Source: Pontiella sp. (GTDB taxonomy: Bacteria > Verrucomicrobiota > Kiritimatiellia > Kiritimatiellales > Pontiellaceae). Taken from it: DNA of 64,000 bases. Positions 20,091 through 30,100 of this stretch are shown piece by piece (the stretch's first letter is position 1; each line of letters starts with the position of its first letter). The notes beneath the pieces were generated by a model, which saw only the letters and a list, made by a program, of their open reading frames with translations, ran no database searches and was not told the DNA's origin. A program made the position numbers and the translations under genes. The DNA is taken from assembly GCA_050290185.1 (NCBI GenBank), contig JBNKHE010000004.1:210589-274588 (forward strand), given 5' to 3'.

Positions 20091-21596
20091 TCAGGCTTCG
20101 GCTGATTTTTCATGTCTGGCCCGCCGGCGTTTGGCGAGTTCATCGCCAATCTGGTAATTCAGTTCCTTGGAAATCGGATAGAACAGCAGAATGGCAATCG
20201 CGACAACGATAAAGGCGGCCGGAGCCATGGACGAGGCCACCCGTACGCCCGTCATGGCGCGTTCGGTCAATACCACACCTTCGGCCCCGTCGTAGCCATA
20301 CATGCCTAGAATCGAGCCCTGAATATAGCCTCCGATCCCTAGGCCGAATTTGAGAGCAAAGACCACGCCCGCGAAAGTGAATCCGGTAGCGCGGCGGCCA
20401 GTCTTCCATTCGGAAAAGTCGGCGGTGTCCGCAATCATGGACCACAACAACGGAACGGTGGGTCCGTAGGCCAAGCCCCAAAGCGCGCTTTGCCACATCA
20501 TGGCGCGGACGCTCGTGGAAGGAATATAGAACAGCCAAACGGTCACGACCGTGGTTACCGCAAGCGATCCCACGAAAACCATCCGCTTGCCGAACAGCTT
20601 CGACAGGGGCTTGGAACATAATACCCCTAGAAACATGGTAAAGGTTCCCAGCATGCCGAAAATGCCGTAGGCAACGCCGGGCACGTTGGAATGATCGGGT
20701 TTGAGCAAATAGCCGAAGATATCCAGAAACCTCGCAAAACCGGTCGGGGCCACCCCGTCGACCCGCTGCAGCCCCATGCCGCCGATCAGGTCAGCCAACG
20801 ATTGCTGGTCGGCAATGTGTTCCATGAACAGAGGCATCGACCCGCCACGAACCACCAGCATGATGAAGATCATGAGCGTGGCACAGAAAAGGATGACCCA
20901 CGGACGGTTCTTGAAGGTATCAAGCATATCCTGCTTGGCGGAAGACTGCTGGTCCGGGTCCGGCGTTACGCGTTCCCGCACCGAGAAGAAGCAGATCACG
21001 AAAAAGAAAATAGTCACGACCGCAAAAATGCCCATCGTTATCGACCATCCCTTGGCATCATTTCCGTTTCCGAATTTATCCACCAGCGGCAACGTCAATC
21101 CCTGGACGATGAACGAAACGATCATCACAGTAACAAACCGGAATGTGGATAGGCTGGTGCGTTCGTCCACGTCACCGGTCATCACCCCGTTCAATGCGCA
21201 GTACGGTACATTATTTACCGTGTAGACCGCCATCAGCAGGAAATACATGAGGTAGGCATAGATCATCTGGCCGGTGGGCGACCATCCCGGACTGGTGAAG
21301 GTCAGCCAGAAAATGGCAGCAAAGGGCAGAGCCGACCAGATCAGCCAGGGACGAAAGCGGCCCCACCTGGTCTTGGTTCGGTCGGCAATGAATCCCATGG
21401 CGGGATCGGTAAAGGCATCAAAGAAACGTCCGATCAGGAACAGGAGTCCCGCCGCCTTGGGACTGAGCCCCAGTATCGTCGTAAAGAACATGAACTGGTA
21501 CGCCATCAGCACCTGGAAAACCAGATTGGCGGCGCCGTCGCCCAGGCTGTACCCGACTTTTTCGCGAAACGACAATTTTTGATGAAAATGATCCAT
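20091..21596 (-). CDS. glycoside-pentoside-hexuronide (GPH):cation symporter, MFS
   Basis: 501 aa, 12-TM pattern. GPH signature DRTKTRWGRFRPW. Confidence 0.85.
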   Translation of the reverse strand: MDHFHQKLSFREKVGYSLGDGAANLVFQVLMAYQFMFFTTILGLSPKAAGLLFLIGRFFDAFTDPAMGFIADRTKTRWGRFRPWLIWSALPFAAIFWLTFTSPGWSPTGQMIYAYLMYFLLMAVYTVNNVPYCALNGVMTGDVDERTSLSTFRFVTVMIVSFIVQGLTLPLVDKFGNGNDAKGWSITMGIFAVVTIFFFVICFFSVRERVTPDPDQQSSAKQDMLDTFKNRPWVILFCATLMIFIMLVVRGGSMPLFMEHIADQQSLADLIGGMGLQRVDGVAPTGFARFLDIFGYLLKPDHSNVPGVAYGIFGMLGTFTMFLGVLCSKPLSKLFGKRMVFVGSLAVTTVVTVWLFYIPSTSVRAMMWQSALWGLAYGPTVPLLWSMIADTADFSEWKTGRRATGFTFAGVVFALKFGLGIGGYIQGSILGMYGYDGAEGVVLTERAMTGVRVASSMAPAAFIVVAIAILLFYPISKELNYQIGDELAKRRRARHEKSAEA

Positions 21597-21692
21597 ATTT
21601 ACCCTTTATGCCTTCGCGACATCCTTTCAGATGCCATTGTGTTCCTCTGCCCGTCCCGCGGGTTCTCTTCCGCGCGTGCAGCCGGAAGGATT

Positions 21693-22724
21693 TTAGATTG
21701 TGGTTTTTTCCGCATGCGCCGGGCCCGTTGCGCCATGCGTCTTCAGGGGCTCTTTTCTGCCCCCGCCGTCCATGGTGCGGATCGTTCCGTCTTCATTGTA
21801 TTCCAGCTCGCAAACCTTCAAACTGCGCAGCCAGGTCTTTCCCTCTGAAGGAACGCAGTCGTGATGGAACAGATACCACTTCCCGTTAAACTCTGCGATC
21901 GAATGGTGCGTAGTCCAACCCACCACCGGAGTCAGAATAACACCCGTGTAGGTGAAAGGCCCATAGGGATTGTCCCCCACGGCATAGCACAGCTTTTGCG
22001 AATTCCCGGTTGAATACGAGAAGTAATATTTTCCCTGGTAGGTATGCATCCATGCAGCTTCGAAAAAACGGCGTTCATGATCCCCGGCTTTCAACACCTC
22101 GCCGTGGTCATCGAGGATGACAACCTCCCGCGGCTCTTCGCCGAATTCGAGCATATCGTCGCGCAGGATCGCCACCCGTGCGGACAATGCCGGCTCATGG
22201 TCTTCAGGCTCCTTCCCGCAATCGATGGCCTTGTTGTCCCGGTAGCATTGCAACTGCCCGCCCCACAACCCCCCGAAGTACATATAATGCGAGCCGTCAT
22301 TATCACGGAATACGCAGGGATCGATCGAGTAGCTGCCGTTGATCGGAGCCTCCTGCGCAACAAAAGGACCTTCGGGCTTATCGCTGATGGCTACGCCGAT
22401 ACGGAAAACCCCTTCCGGATCCTTGGCGGGAAAATAAAGATAGTATTTCCCATCCTTGCAGGCGCAGTCGCAGTCCCACATTTGACGATCCGCCCAGGGC
22501 ACGTCCTCCACATCCAGGGCAACGCCGTGATCCGTCACCTCGCCCGCGAGGTCTTTCATCGAGAAAACGTGGTAATCGCGCATGGCGAAATGATCCCCGT
22601 TGTCGTTTTCGGGGATGCCCGCGTCGATGTCGTGCGACGGATAGATATACAGTTTTCCGTTGAAGATATGCACAGAGGGATCAGCCGTGTACATATGCGT
22701 TACGAGATATCGTTCCTTTTTCAT
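21693..22724 (-). CDS. glycoside hydrolase family 43 (beta-xylosidase/alpha-L-arabinofuranosidase type)
   Basis: 343 aa. N-terminal YTADPSVHIFNGKLYIYPSHD (catalytic Asp context) and five-bladed-propeller-like repeats. Confidence 0.85.
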   Translation of the reverse strand: MKKERYLVTHMYTADPSVHIFNGKLYIYPSHDIDAGIPENDNGDHFAMRDYHVFSMKDLAGEVTDHGVALDVEDVPWADRQMWDCDCACKDGKYYLYFPAKDPEGVFRIGVAISDKPEGPFVAQEAPINGSYSIDPCVFRDNDGSHYMYFGGLWGGQLQCYRDNKAIDCGKEPEDHEPALSARVAILRDDMLEFGEEPREVVILDDHGEVLKAGDHERRFFEAAWMHTYQGKYYFSYSTGNSQKLCYAVGDNPYGPFTYTGVILTPVVGWTTHHSIAEFNGKWYLFHHDCVPSEGKTWLRSLKVCELEYNEDGTIRTMDGGGRKEPLKTHGATGPAHAEKTTI

Positions 22725-23014
22725 TATTTGATCCGCTGTTTTTCACTATTCATGGTTAGTTAATATCACCCGGCATCGAAATTCTTCACCCGCGAATCTA
22801 TCGCATTCAATCCATTTTAAACCCCATGCAGAATGCGGGTCAGATATTTTCATAGTACACTCCAAGGTGATGACTATCCCACATCCCGGAAATCATCACA
22901 ATCGGGTCTCATGAATTCAAAATCCCGCATTATGAAACATGCAAAACCGTATGCCCTACCCTCTTGACAAGCTGGGCTTTCGCGCCTATAGCTGAACAAA
23001 ATAGTAATAATTTC

Positions 23015-24157
23015 ATGATCAAACGTAAACACATTATGCTGTTGCTCGAATGGTACGATTACCGTATCCATCGCGGAGTGGCCCAGATTGCCCGGGAATG
23101 TGGATGGCAGTTGAACTGCCCGAAAGATCCCGTAACCAATGAAGGCTATCTGAAAGACTGGAAAGGCGATGGATGCATTGCGTTGCTGCAGTGCCGCGAA
23201 ACGCTTGAGTATTTCAGAACCCACCAAATCCCGCTGGTTGATCTGGGCCTCGGGGAACATGGGCTGCCCATTCCCCGGATCGTCACCGACAATCGTGAAA
23301 TCGGCAGGATGGCGGCCGAGCATTTCCGCGATCACGGCTATCGCGAGGTATTCGCACTGGGCCCCGGCAATATCCCGATGTACAAGGAACGCTTCGACGC
23401 CTTGAAGGAATTCATGGAGGAAGACGGGGGAAGCGCAACCGCGTTGCAAACCGCGGAAACCATGCAACCGGACGTGATGCGGGAACTCACCCGGATTGCA
23501 AGGCAACGTGCGCATCGGCTGGAAGAACTCTCGATAGGCTTTTTTGCCTATCAGGACAACATGGCCGCCGAAATGATTTCCATGTGCCTACAGAACGAGT
23601 TGCGCGTTCCTGAGAACATTGCGGTGCTTGGCGTGGACAACGACGACCTGATAAACTCCGGACTCACCGTAAGCCTCAGCAGTATTGACAGTGATCAGGA
23701 AGGACTCGGCCGGCAGGCCGCCCAGCTATTACGCGAGATGCTGGATAACCCTTCATACCAGCCGAACGATACGATTATCCGACATCCGCCAAAAGATGTG
23801 GTGGTACGAAAAAGCACAGACTGCTACGCCGTGCGAAACCCCCTGGTATCAGAAGCGCTTCATTGGATTCAAAACAACTTTCACACAGGCATTCAGGCGG
23901 TGGACGTCGCCGACGCCATGGGCGTTACGCAGCAAGGATTGCAGAAAGCGTTTTCTGCAAACTACTCCCGTTCCCCCGGGCAGGAGATCCGGTATCAGCG
24001 CATACAGACGGTCGCACACCTGCTGAACAGCACCAATGCCCGGCTTGAGGATATTGCAGAAAACTGCGGCTTCACCTCCGTGGATACGCTTATCAGCAAC
24101 TTCCGAAGGGAGTTCAGTACAACGCCGGGAAAATACCGGAAGCAAAAACGAAAATAG
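23015..24157 (+). CDS. XylR-like transcriptional regulator (periplasmic-binding-protein-like sensor + AraC HTH)
   Basis: Start at the internal Met (MIKRKHIMLLLEW). C-terminal AraC-type HTH ...LEDIAENCGFTSVDTLISNFRREFSTTPGKYRK. Divergent from the GH43 gene. Confidence 0.8.
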   Translation: MIKRKHIMLLLEWYDYRIHRGVAQIARECGWQLNCPKDPVTNEGYLKDWKGDGCIALLQCRETLEYFRTHQIPLVDLGLGEHGLPIPRIVTDNREIGRMAAEHFRDHGYREVFALGPGNIPMYKERFDALKEFMEEDGGSATALQTAETMQPDVMRELTRIARQRAHRLEELSIGFFAYQDNMAAEMISMCLQNELRVPENIAVLGVDNDDLINSGLTVSLSSIDSDQEGLGRQAAQLLREMLDNPSYQPNDTIIRHPPKDVVVRKSTDCYAVRNPLVSEALHWIQNNFHTGIQAVDVADAMGVTQQGLQKAFSANYSRSPGQEIRYQRIQTVAHLLNSTNARLEDIAENCGFTSVDTLISNFRREFSTTPGKYRKQKRK

Positions 24158-24276
24158 GATCCCGCTGACCGCCCCGACCTTGCCCGGCATCCGAACCATA
24201 AAACATGTCAACCAAGCTCTAAACGGTGCCCATCGACTACGCAATACACCAGACGCCAACGGGCAATACCATCGGC

Positions 24277-25032
24277 TTAAGATTCATGACGCCAGGCATT
24301 TAGCTCGCCAACAATGCCAAGGCCCTTGAGCGTCAGCTTGGGGTCGATTACGGCCTCAACGTCCCAGTCTTTGAAAATCCATCCGGCATAGCCACCGGTA
24401 CAGCACACCGGGAGCATCGGTGCATCAAGGTCGTCTTTCAGGGCCGCCAGAATTTCTCGCACCATGCCGCGATAGCCCAACCGTGCGCCGATCTGCATCG
24501 CCTGTGCCGTATTGCGCCCGACAACCGCTTTGGTTCTGGATGGCTCAACATGCGGGAGCAAAGCAGTCTTTTCTGCCAGGTAATCGAACATGAGCGGCAG
24601 GCCGGGACAGATAATTCCGCCGATATAGCCGCGCGATGCGTGAACGATGTCAAACGTCAGCGCCGTTCCAAAATCACACACCACGGAAGGGGTTCCAAAA
24701 AGCTGCGCAGCGGCCGCGGCATTGGCCAGACGGTCGGCACCGATCCGATCGGGATTGGGATAATCGACGGGAACACCTAGTTCCATTTCATGCGAGACAA
24801 ACAGCGGCGCCGGCAGGCCGGCACTCTTCAGCACCTTTTTCCAGCGTGTATTTACAGAAGGAACAACGGAAGCAATGACCACAGCATCAACAGACTTGAT
24901 CGTGATAAGCGAAACGACTTCCTCCGTCGCCTTGAAACGCGATTTGCAGCGCCCTATTCCACTCACCTTACCATTGCGATAGTAACCTACCGAGGTGCTG
25001 GTATTGCCGATATCTATGACCAGCGTCGTCAT
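24277..25032 (-). CDS. coaX: type III pantothenate kinase
   Basis: 251 aa. LVIDIGNTSTSVG N-terminus and the ASKHA fold pattern typical of CoaX. Confidence 0.88.
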   Translation of the reverse strand: MTTLVIDIGNTSTSVGYYRNGKVSGIGRCKSRFKATEEVVSLITIKSVDAVVIASVVPSVNTRWKKVLKSAGLPAPLFVSHEMELGVPVDYPNPDRIGADRLANAAAAAQLFGTPSVVCDFGTALTFDIVHASRGYIGGIICPGLPLMFDYLAEKTALLPHVEPSRTKAVVGRNTAQAMQIGARLGYRGMVREILAALKDDLDAPMLPVCCTGGYAGWIFKDWDVEAVIDPKLTLKGLGIVGELNAWRHES

Positions 25033-25895
25033 ACAAAATCGAGGGCGAGATCGATGGACGGTGCGGAATGGGTCAGGGCTCCGACGGAAAGTGCATCAAC
25101 ACCGGTATGAGCAATGGCATGGATGGTCGTCAGATTGATTCCGCCTGATGCCTCGGTCTTGCAGATGCCTTTGCAGAGGGCCACGCACTCGCGCAGCACG
25201 GGGGGCGGCATGTTGTCGAGCAGCACCCAGTCCGGCTTTGTTTCAAGGGCCTCTCTGAGCTGCTCGATGGTGTCGACCTCGACCTCGATCTTCAGGTCGG
25301 GATATCTTGCACGGGCAGCGGCAACCGCCTCGCCCACACCAATCCCGTGGGTACGTTCCCAGGACGCCAGGTGGTTGTCTTTAATCAACACGGCATCGAA
25401 CAGACCGTAGCGATGATTTACCCCGCCGCCGCAACGGACGGCATACTTTTCGAAGGGACGGAGCAACGGCGTGGTCTTGCGGGTGCAGAGAATATCGACA
25501 TCGGGATTGTCGGCGGCCTTGACGTACTCCGCCGTAATGGTGGCCACGCCGCACATACGCTGGATAAAGTTGAGCGCGGTCCGTTCCGCCGTCAGGATGC
25601 TCTTGGCCGAACCGCGGATGATCAACACATTGGTGCCGGCTTCCACTTGGGTTCCATCGGATACCTGTTCTTCGATTTCAAGATCGGGATTGGTTTGCAG
25701 GAAGACTTCCCTAGCCACCGCAATACCGGCGATCACGCATTTTTCGCGCGCAACGAGATGCGCTTCGGCAAGCGCCTCCGGCGAAACGAGCGATTCGGAG
25801 GTAACATCCACCCCGATGTCACCCAGGTCTTCCTGAAGCGCAAGCCGGATCGATGCGCGGACTTCTTTTCGTTCAAATATATTCGGTAGATACAC
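25029..25895 (-). CDS. nadC: nicotinate-nucleotide pyrophosphorylase (carboxylating)
   Basis: 288 aa. QPRTase motifs TRKTTPLLR, HRYGLFDAVLIKDNH, and the TIM-barrel C-terminus. Confidence 0.9.
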   Translation of the reverse strand: MYLPNIFERKEVRASIRLALQEDLGDIGVDVTSESLVSPEALAEAHLVAREKCVIAGIAVAREVFLQTNPDLEIEEQVSDGTQVEAGTNVLIIRGSAKSILTAERTALNFIQRMCGVATITAEYVKAADNPDVDILCTRKTTPLLRPFEKYAVRCGGGVNHRYGLFDAVLIKDNHLASWERTHGIGVGEAVAAARARYPDLKIEVEVDTIEQLREALETKPDWVLLDNMPPPVLRECVALCKGICKTEASGGINLTTIHAIAHTGVDALSVGALTHSAPSIDLALDFV

Positions 25896-25897
25896 CT

Positions 25898-26959
25898 CTA
25901 TTCCCCCTGATTTCCTTGCATTTCCTTCATAAAACTTTTCCCCGACCCCATCAGAATGCTTATAGGCTTAAGCGCTTCGATGTTTTCGCAGAAAATTTTG
26001 ATCGCGGCGGCGATCGGAACCGACAGCAGCGCACCGACAATGCCCCACATCCAACCGAAAAAGACCAGCGAGAGCAGAATGACGACGGGGCTGAGGTTCA
26101 AATGGTCGCCCATGATTTTCGGCTCAATGACATTCCCCATCGTCATCTGGATCAGCAGCAGGAGAATCGCCGTGAAAACCGGCATCCAAACGGAGGGATA
26201 GAACTGGACGACGGCCAACAGAATCGGCGGAATCGATGCGATGATTGAACCGATGCTGGGAATGAAGTTGAGAAAGAAAGCCAGCGCTCCCCAGGTGAGC
26301 GCAAACTCGACCCCGAGGAGGCTCAGACTCAGCCAGACCAAAACCCCGGTCGTGCCGCTGATCGCCACCTTGACGATCAGATATTGACCGATCTGTTTGG
26401 AGATGGAAGCCGTCATGGTGGAGAAGGTTTCCGCCCGGTCCGGCGGGAAGGCCCGTTCAACCTTGTACTTAAAGTAGGGTTTCCCCAGCAGCATAAAGAC
26501 CAGGAAAATCAGGACCAGAAGCAGCTTTCCCAGAAAGTTCCCCATGTATATGGCGACCGACGCGGAAAGGCTGGCGAGCTTAGGCCCCAGTTTTTCCGCC
26601 CAGTTGAATCCGGCAAGATAGTCTTCGGGCAGATCCAGATTCGCGACGGCATCGTGATAGATGGTGTTCAGCTGGGTCACGTACTTGGGCGATTGGGCCA
26701 GCACATCGCTCACCCGGCCGCTCAGGAAGATGCCGAAGAAATAGCAGACAAACAGCACCAGCACGAGCACCGCGAAAACCGCCAGTCCCAGCGGTACTTT
26801 TTTATGCACCAGATAGTTCACCACCGGCCCGCAGATATATGAAAGCAGCCAGGCGATCATCAGCGGGATGACTACATTGTAGGCCACCTTAAACGCCGCC
26901 GCCACCGCGAACAGCACCAGCATACTCAGCAGGCCCACCATTAAATTTGATCTCTTCAT
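25898..26959 (-). CDS. AI-2E family transporter (PerM/YdiK-like permease)
   Basis: 353 aa, multi-TM, with an AI-2E-like C-terminal half (FLNFIPSIGSIIASIPPILLA...). Confidence 0.75.
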   Translation of the reverse strand: MKRSNLMVGLLSMLVLFAVAAAFKVAYNVVIPLMIAWLLSYICGPVVNYLVHKKVPLGLAVFAVLVLVLFVCYFFGIFLSGRVSDVLAQSPKYVTQLNTIYHDAVANLDLPEDYLAGFNWAEKLGPKLASLSASVAIYMGNFLGKLLLVLIFLVFMLLGKPYFKYKVERAFPPDRAETFSTMTASISKQIGQYLIVKVAISGTTGVLVWLSLSLLGVEFALTWGALAFFLNFIPSIGSIIASIPPILLAVVQFYPSVWMPVFTAILLLLIQMTMGNVIEPKIMGDHLNLSPVVILLSLVFFGWMWGIVGALLSVPIAAAIKIFCENIEALKPISILMGSGKSFMKEMQGNQGE

Positions 26960-27136
26960 CCAAATTCCCCTTAAAAACGCGTGTATTGATAAACCACCTC
27001 GGTGATTATTGAAACCCTAATCGTCACGTCCTTGACACTATTGACGGGCGTATCCGGTGGCACATCGGGCAGAAAGAGTTTGCGGGCAATGCGCCGGAAC
27101 GTTAGTTTTTCCGCCACGACTATCATGGAGATCTAT

Positions 27137-30100
27137 ATGAAGTTTTTGAAGCGAACCGCCCTGTTATTCCTCGTCCTGCTGTTATCCGCTTCCCCGCTCA
27201 CCGCCAAGGAATTCCTGTCCATCGAAAAGATCGTCGGGCAGGCCGCTCTGGCCACTCCCGAAAAATATCCCGATTCGGACGACGCCCTGATCGACGATTT
27301 CATCCAGGTGGAATACCAGACCGACGGAACCTCCGAAATGTGGGACGATACGGCGATCAAGATCCTGACAGAAAAAGGGAAGCGCGACAACCGGGTTCAA
27401 ACGCTCTCCTTCAACACGTCGTACGGCACGAACTATTTCACTAGGGTCGAGATCATCAAGCCTGACGGCACAGTGGTTCCGGTCGATCTGAAAGCCAACA
27501 CCAAGGTGATGGCCAACCCCGGACAGATGAGCGCAAATATCTACAACCCCAACTCGAAATTACTGCAGCTTTCCGTGCCCGGTCTGGAAGTGGGCGACAC
27601 GTTGCACTACATCGCATGCGACCTCCAAAGCAAAACCGTCGTGCCGGACACATGGAGCGACTATCAGACCTTCGAGGGCAACACACCGATCGAGCATCTG
27701 ACCTATCAGGTGATTGCCCCCACCAAACGGCCGTTGCAAAAGATTGCGCTGAAGGCCGAAATTCCCGACACGGTCTCCTTCGACAAGACCGTCAGCGATT
27801 CCGGCGATCAAATCGTCTACACATGGACGGTACACGACGTCCCGCGCATGTTTGCGGAGCCCAACATGCCCAAACCCTACACGGTTGTTCAACGGCTGCT
27901 GGTCAGCACGGTTGATTCGTGGGAGGAGCTTTCCACCTGGTATTGGGATCTGTGCAAGCCGCGACTCGAGGCCACCACCCCCGAAATGGAGGCCATGGCC
28001 CACGAACTGACGGCCGGCTGCACCAACACGATGGACAAGATCAAGGCCATCTTCAACTTCGTCTCTCAGGATATCCGCTACATGGGCATCACGCCCGAAG
28101 AAGAGGCCCCGGGTTACGAACCCCACGACGTTAACATCACCTTCGAAAACCGCTACGGGGTATGTCGCGACAAGGCCGCGCTGCTGGCTGCCATGCTTCG
28201 CTGCGTCGATATCGAGTCCTTTCCGGTCATCATCATGGCCGGCCCCAAGAAGGACGAGGAAGTTCCGCAGCCGTTCTTCAACCATGCCGTAACGGCCGCG
28301 CTGGGCGACGACGGTGAATATATCCTGATGGACTCCACCGACGAGAACACCAAGGATATCTTCCCCTCCTACCTGCAGAACATGAGCTATCTCGTTGCCC
28401 GCCCCGAAGGCGAAACCCTACGAACCTCGCCCGTCATCCCCGCCGAAGAAAATCTGCTCCGGATCTCCACCACCGGATCCCTCGATACATCAGGCACATT
28501 GAAAGCCAAAAGCACCCTGCGCTTCGAAGGAATCAACGACACGGTTTACCGGGGCTATTTTTCTCAAATCAAACCGGAGGAACGCCACCGTTTCTTTGAA
28601 GGCCACCTGAAGAAATCCATGCCGTCCGCCGTACTGGACTCGCTGGAGATCCTGCCCCGGGAGCTGCGCGACACCACCCAGCCATTGACGATCACGCTGA
28701 CCTACTCCGCCGACAATCTCCTGATCAAGGGCCCCGCCAACAAGATGTTCAAACCGCCGCGCCTTGGCGGATCGCTGGGTTACGCCAATTTCCTGCTGGG
28801 CCAGACCGGACTCGAAAAAAGAAAGTACCCGCTCTATACGCGCATGACCGCAGGCATCCGGGAAACCTTGAAACTTGAGCTTCCCGACGATCTTGGATCA
28901 GTGAACATTCCCGACTATCAGGCGATCGACACCAAACCGCTTACGTGGAACGTGCAGGTCGCGCAGACCGGCAACTTGCTTTCCGCCACCAATACCTTCC
29001 TGCTCAACACCGTGGAGTTCAGCCCGGAGGAATATCTGGAGCTCAAGCAAAACCTGAAGGACATCGAATACAACCTGCGGAAGAGCCTGATCATCGATAC
29101 GGTTCCAACCACCCTTTCGGGCGATGCCGATGTACGCGTTCTCGATCAGCAGACCGAAATCATATTGGAGAGCCCCGACCGCTGGACAGAAACCCAGCAC
29201 TCGAAAATAAAAGTGCTCACCTATGCGGGAACGAAAGATTCCTCGGAAATCAAGATTCCCTACAATCCGGCATGGCAGGAGATCACACTGGCTTCCGCCA
29301 CGGTAACCCTGCCTGATGGAACCGTGAAGAAAATCGTCGAGGATGAAATCAACCTGATGGATTCGTCCTGGGTGGCCACCGCCCCCCGCTACCCCGCCGA
29401 ACGCATCCTGGTCGCCAGTCTGCCGGGCGTCGAGGTCGACAGCGTGCTTGAATATGAAATCGTATCCAAGGTCGATGGCAAGCCGTTCTTCTCGGCCGTG
29501 CAGACCTTCAACGGCCACGACCCCATCGACCGCAAATCCGTTTCTCTGACCGTACCCGGGTCGATGGATATCGAAATCCGGAACAATGGTGTAGCGGAAA
29601 GCAAAACCGTCAGCGACGGCACCATGACCTACACGTGGACGGCGACCAACCAACCGGCCGTGAACAAAGAGGAAGCGCTGCCGGCATGGTGGACGTTCAA
29701 CCCGGCAGTCTTCATCTCAACCGGCACATGGAAGGAATACAGCGAGCAGATTCTCGACCTTCTAATGGCCGCCACCCAGCATCAATCGAATGCAGAAAAC
29801 CTCGCCCGGAAGTTGACGGCCGGCATGGACAGCAAAAGAGACCAGGTCGTCGCCCTGCGAAACTGGGTGGCGGAAAACCTGCGCACTGCGGGCCCCAACC
29901 TCACCAGCCTGCCGCTGTCGTCCATCACACCGGCGGATCAAACCTTGGCCGACCGCTACGGCAACAACACGGACTGCATGGTCGTGCTCTATACCCTGCT
30001 CAAAGCTAGCCACTTCAAGCCTGAGTTCGTTCTTTCCGGCAACATCCCCCTCGTTCGCGAAGCCGCCAAGCCGTTGATCGACATCCCGTCGCGCACGGCG

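Noticed and set aside
27002-27136. Upstream extensions of track ORFs at 27002, 30706, 17563, 22964, 36222, 38993, 43276, 56256 and 51863.
   Set aside because: In each case an internal Met with a better RBS and/or a signal peptide or lipobox, or a family-typical N-terminus, follows. The extension overlaps an upstream gene or an attC site.
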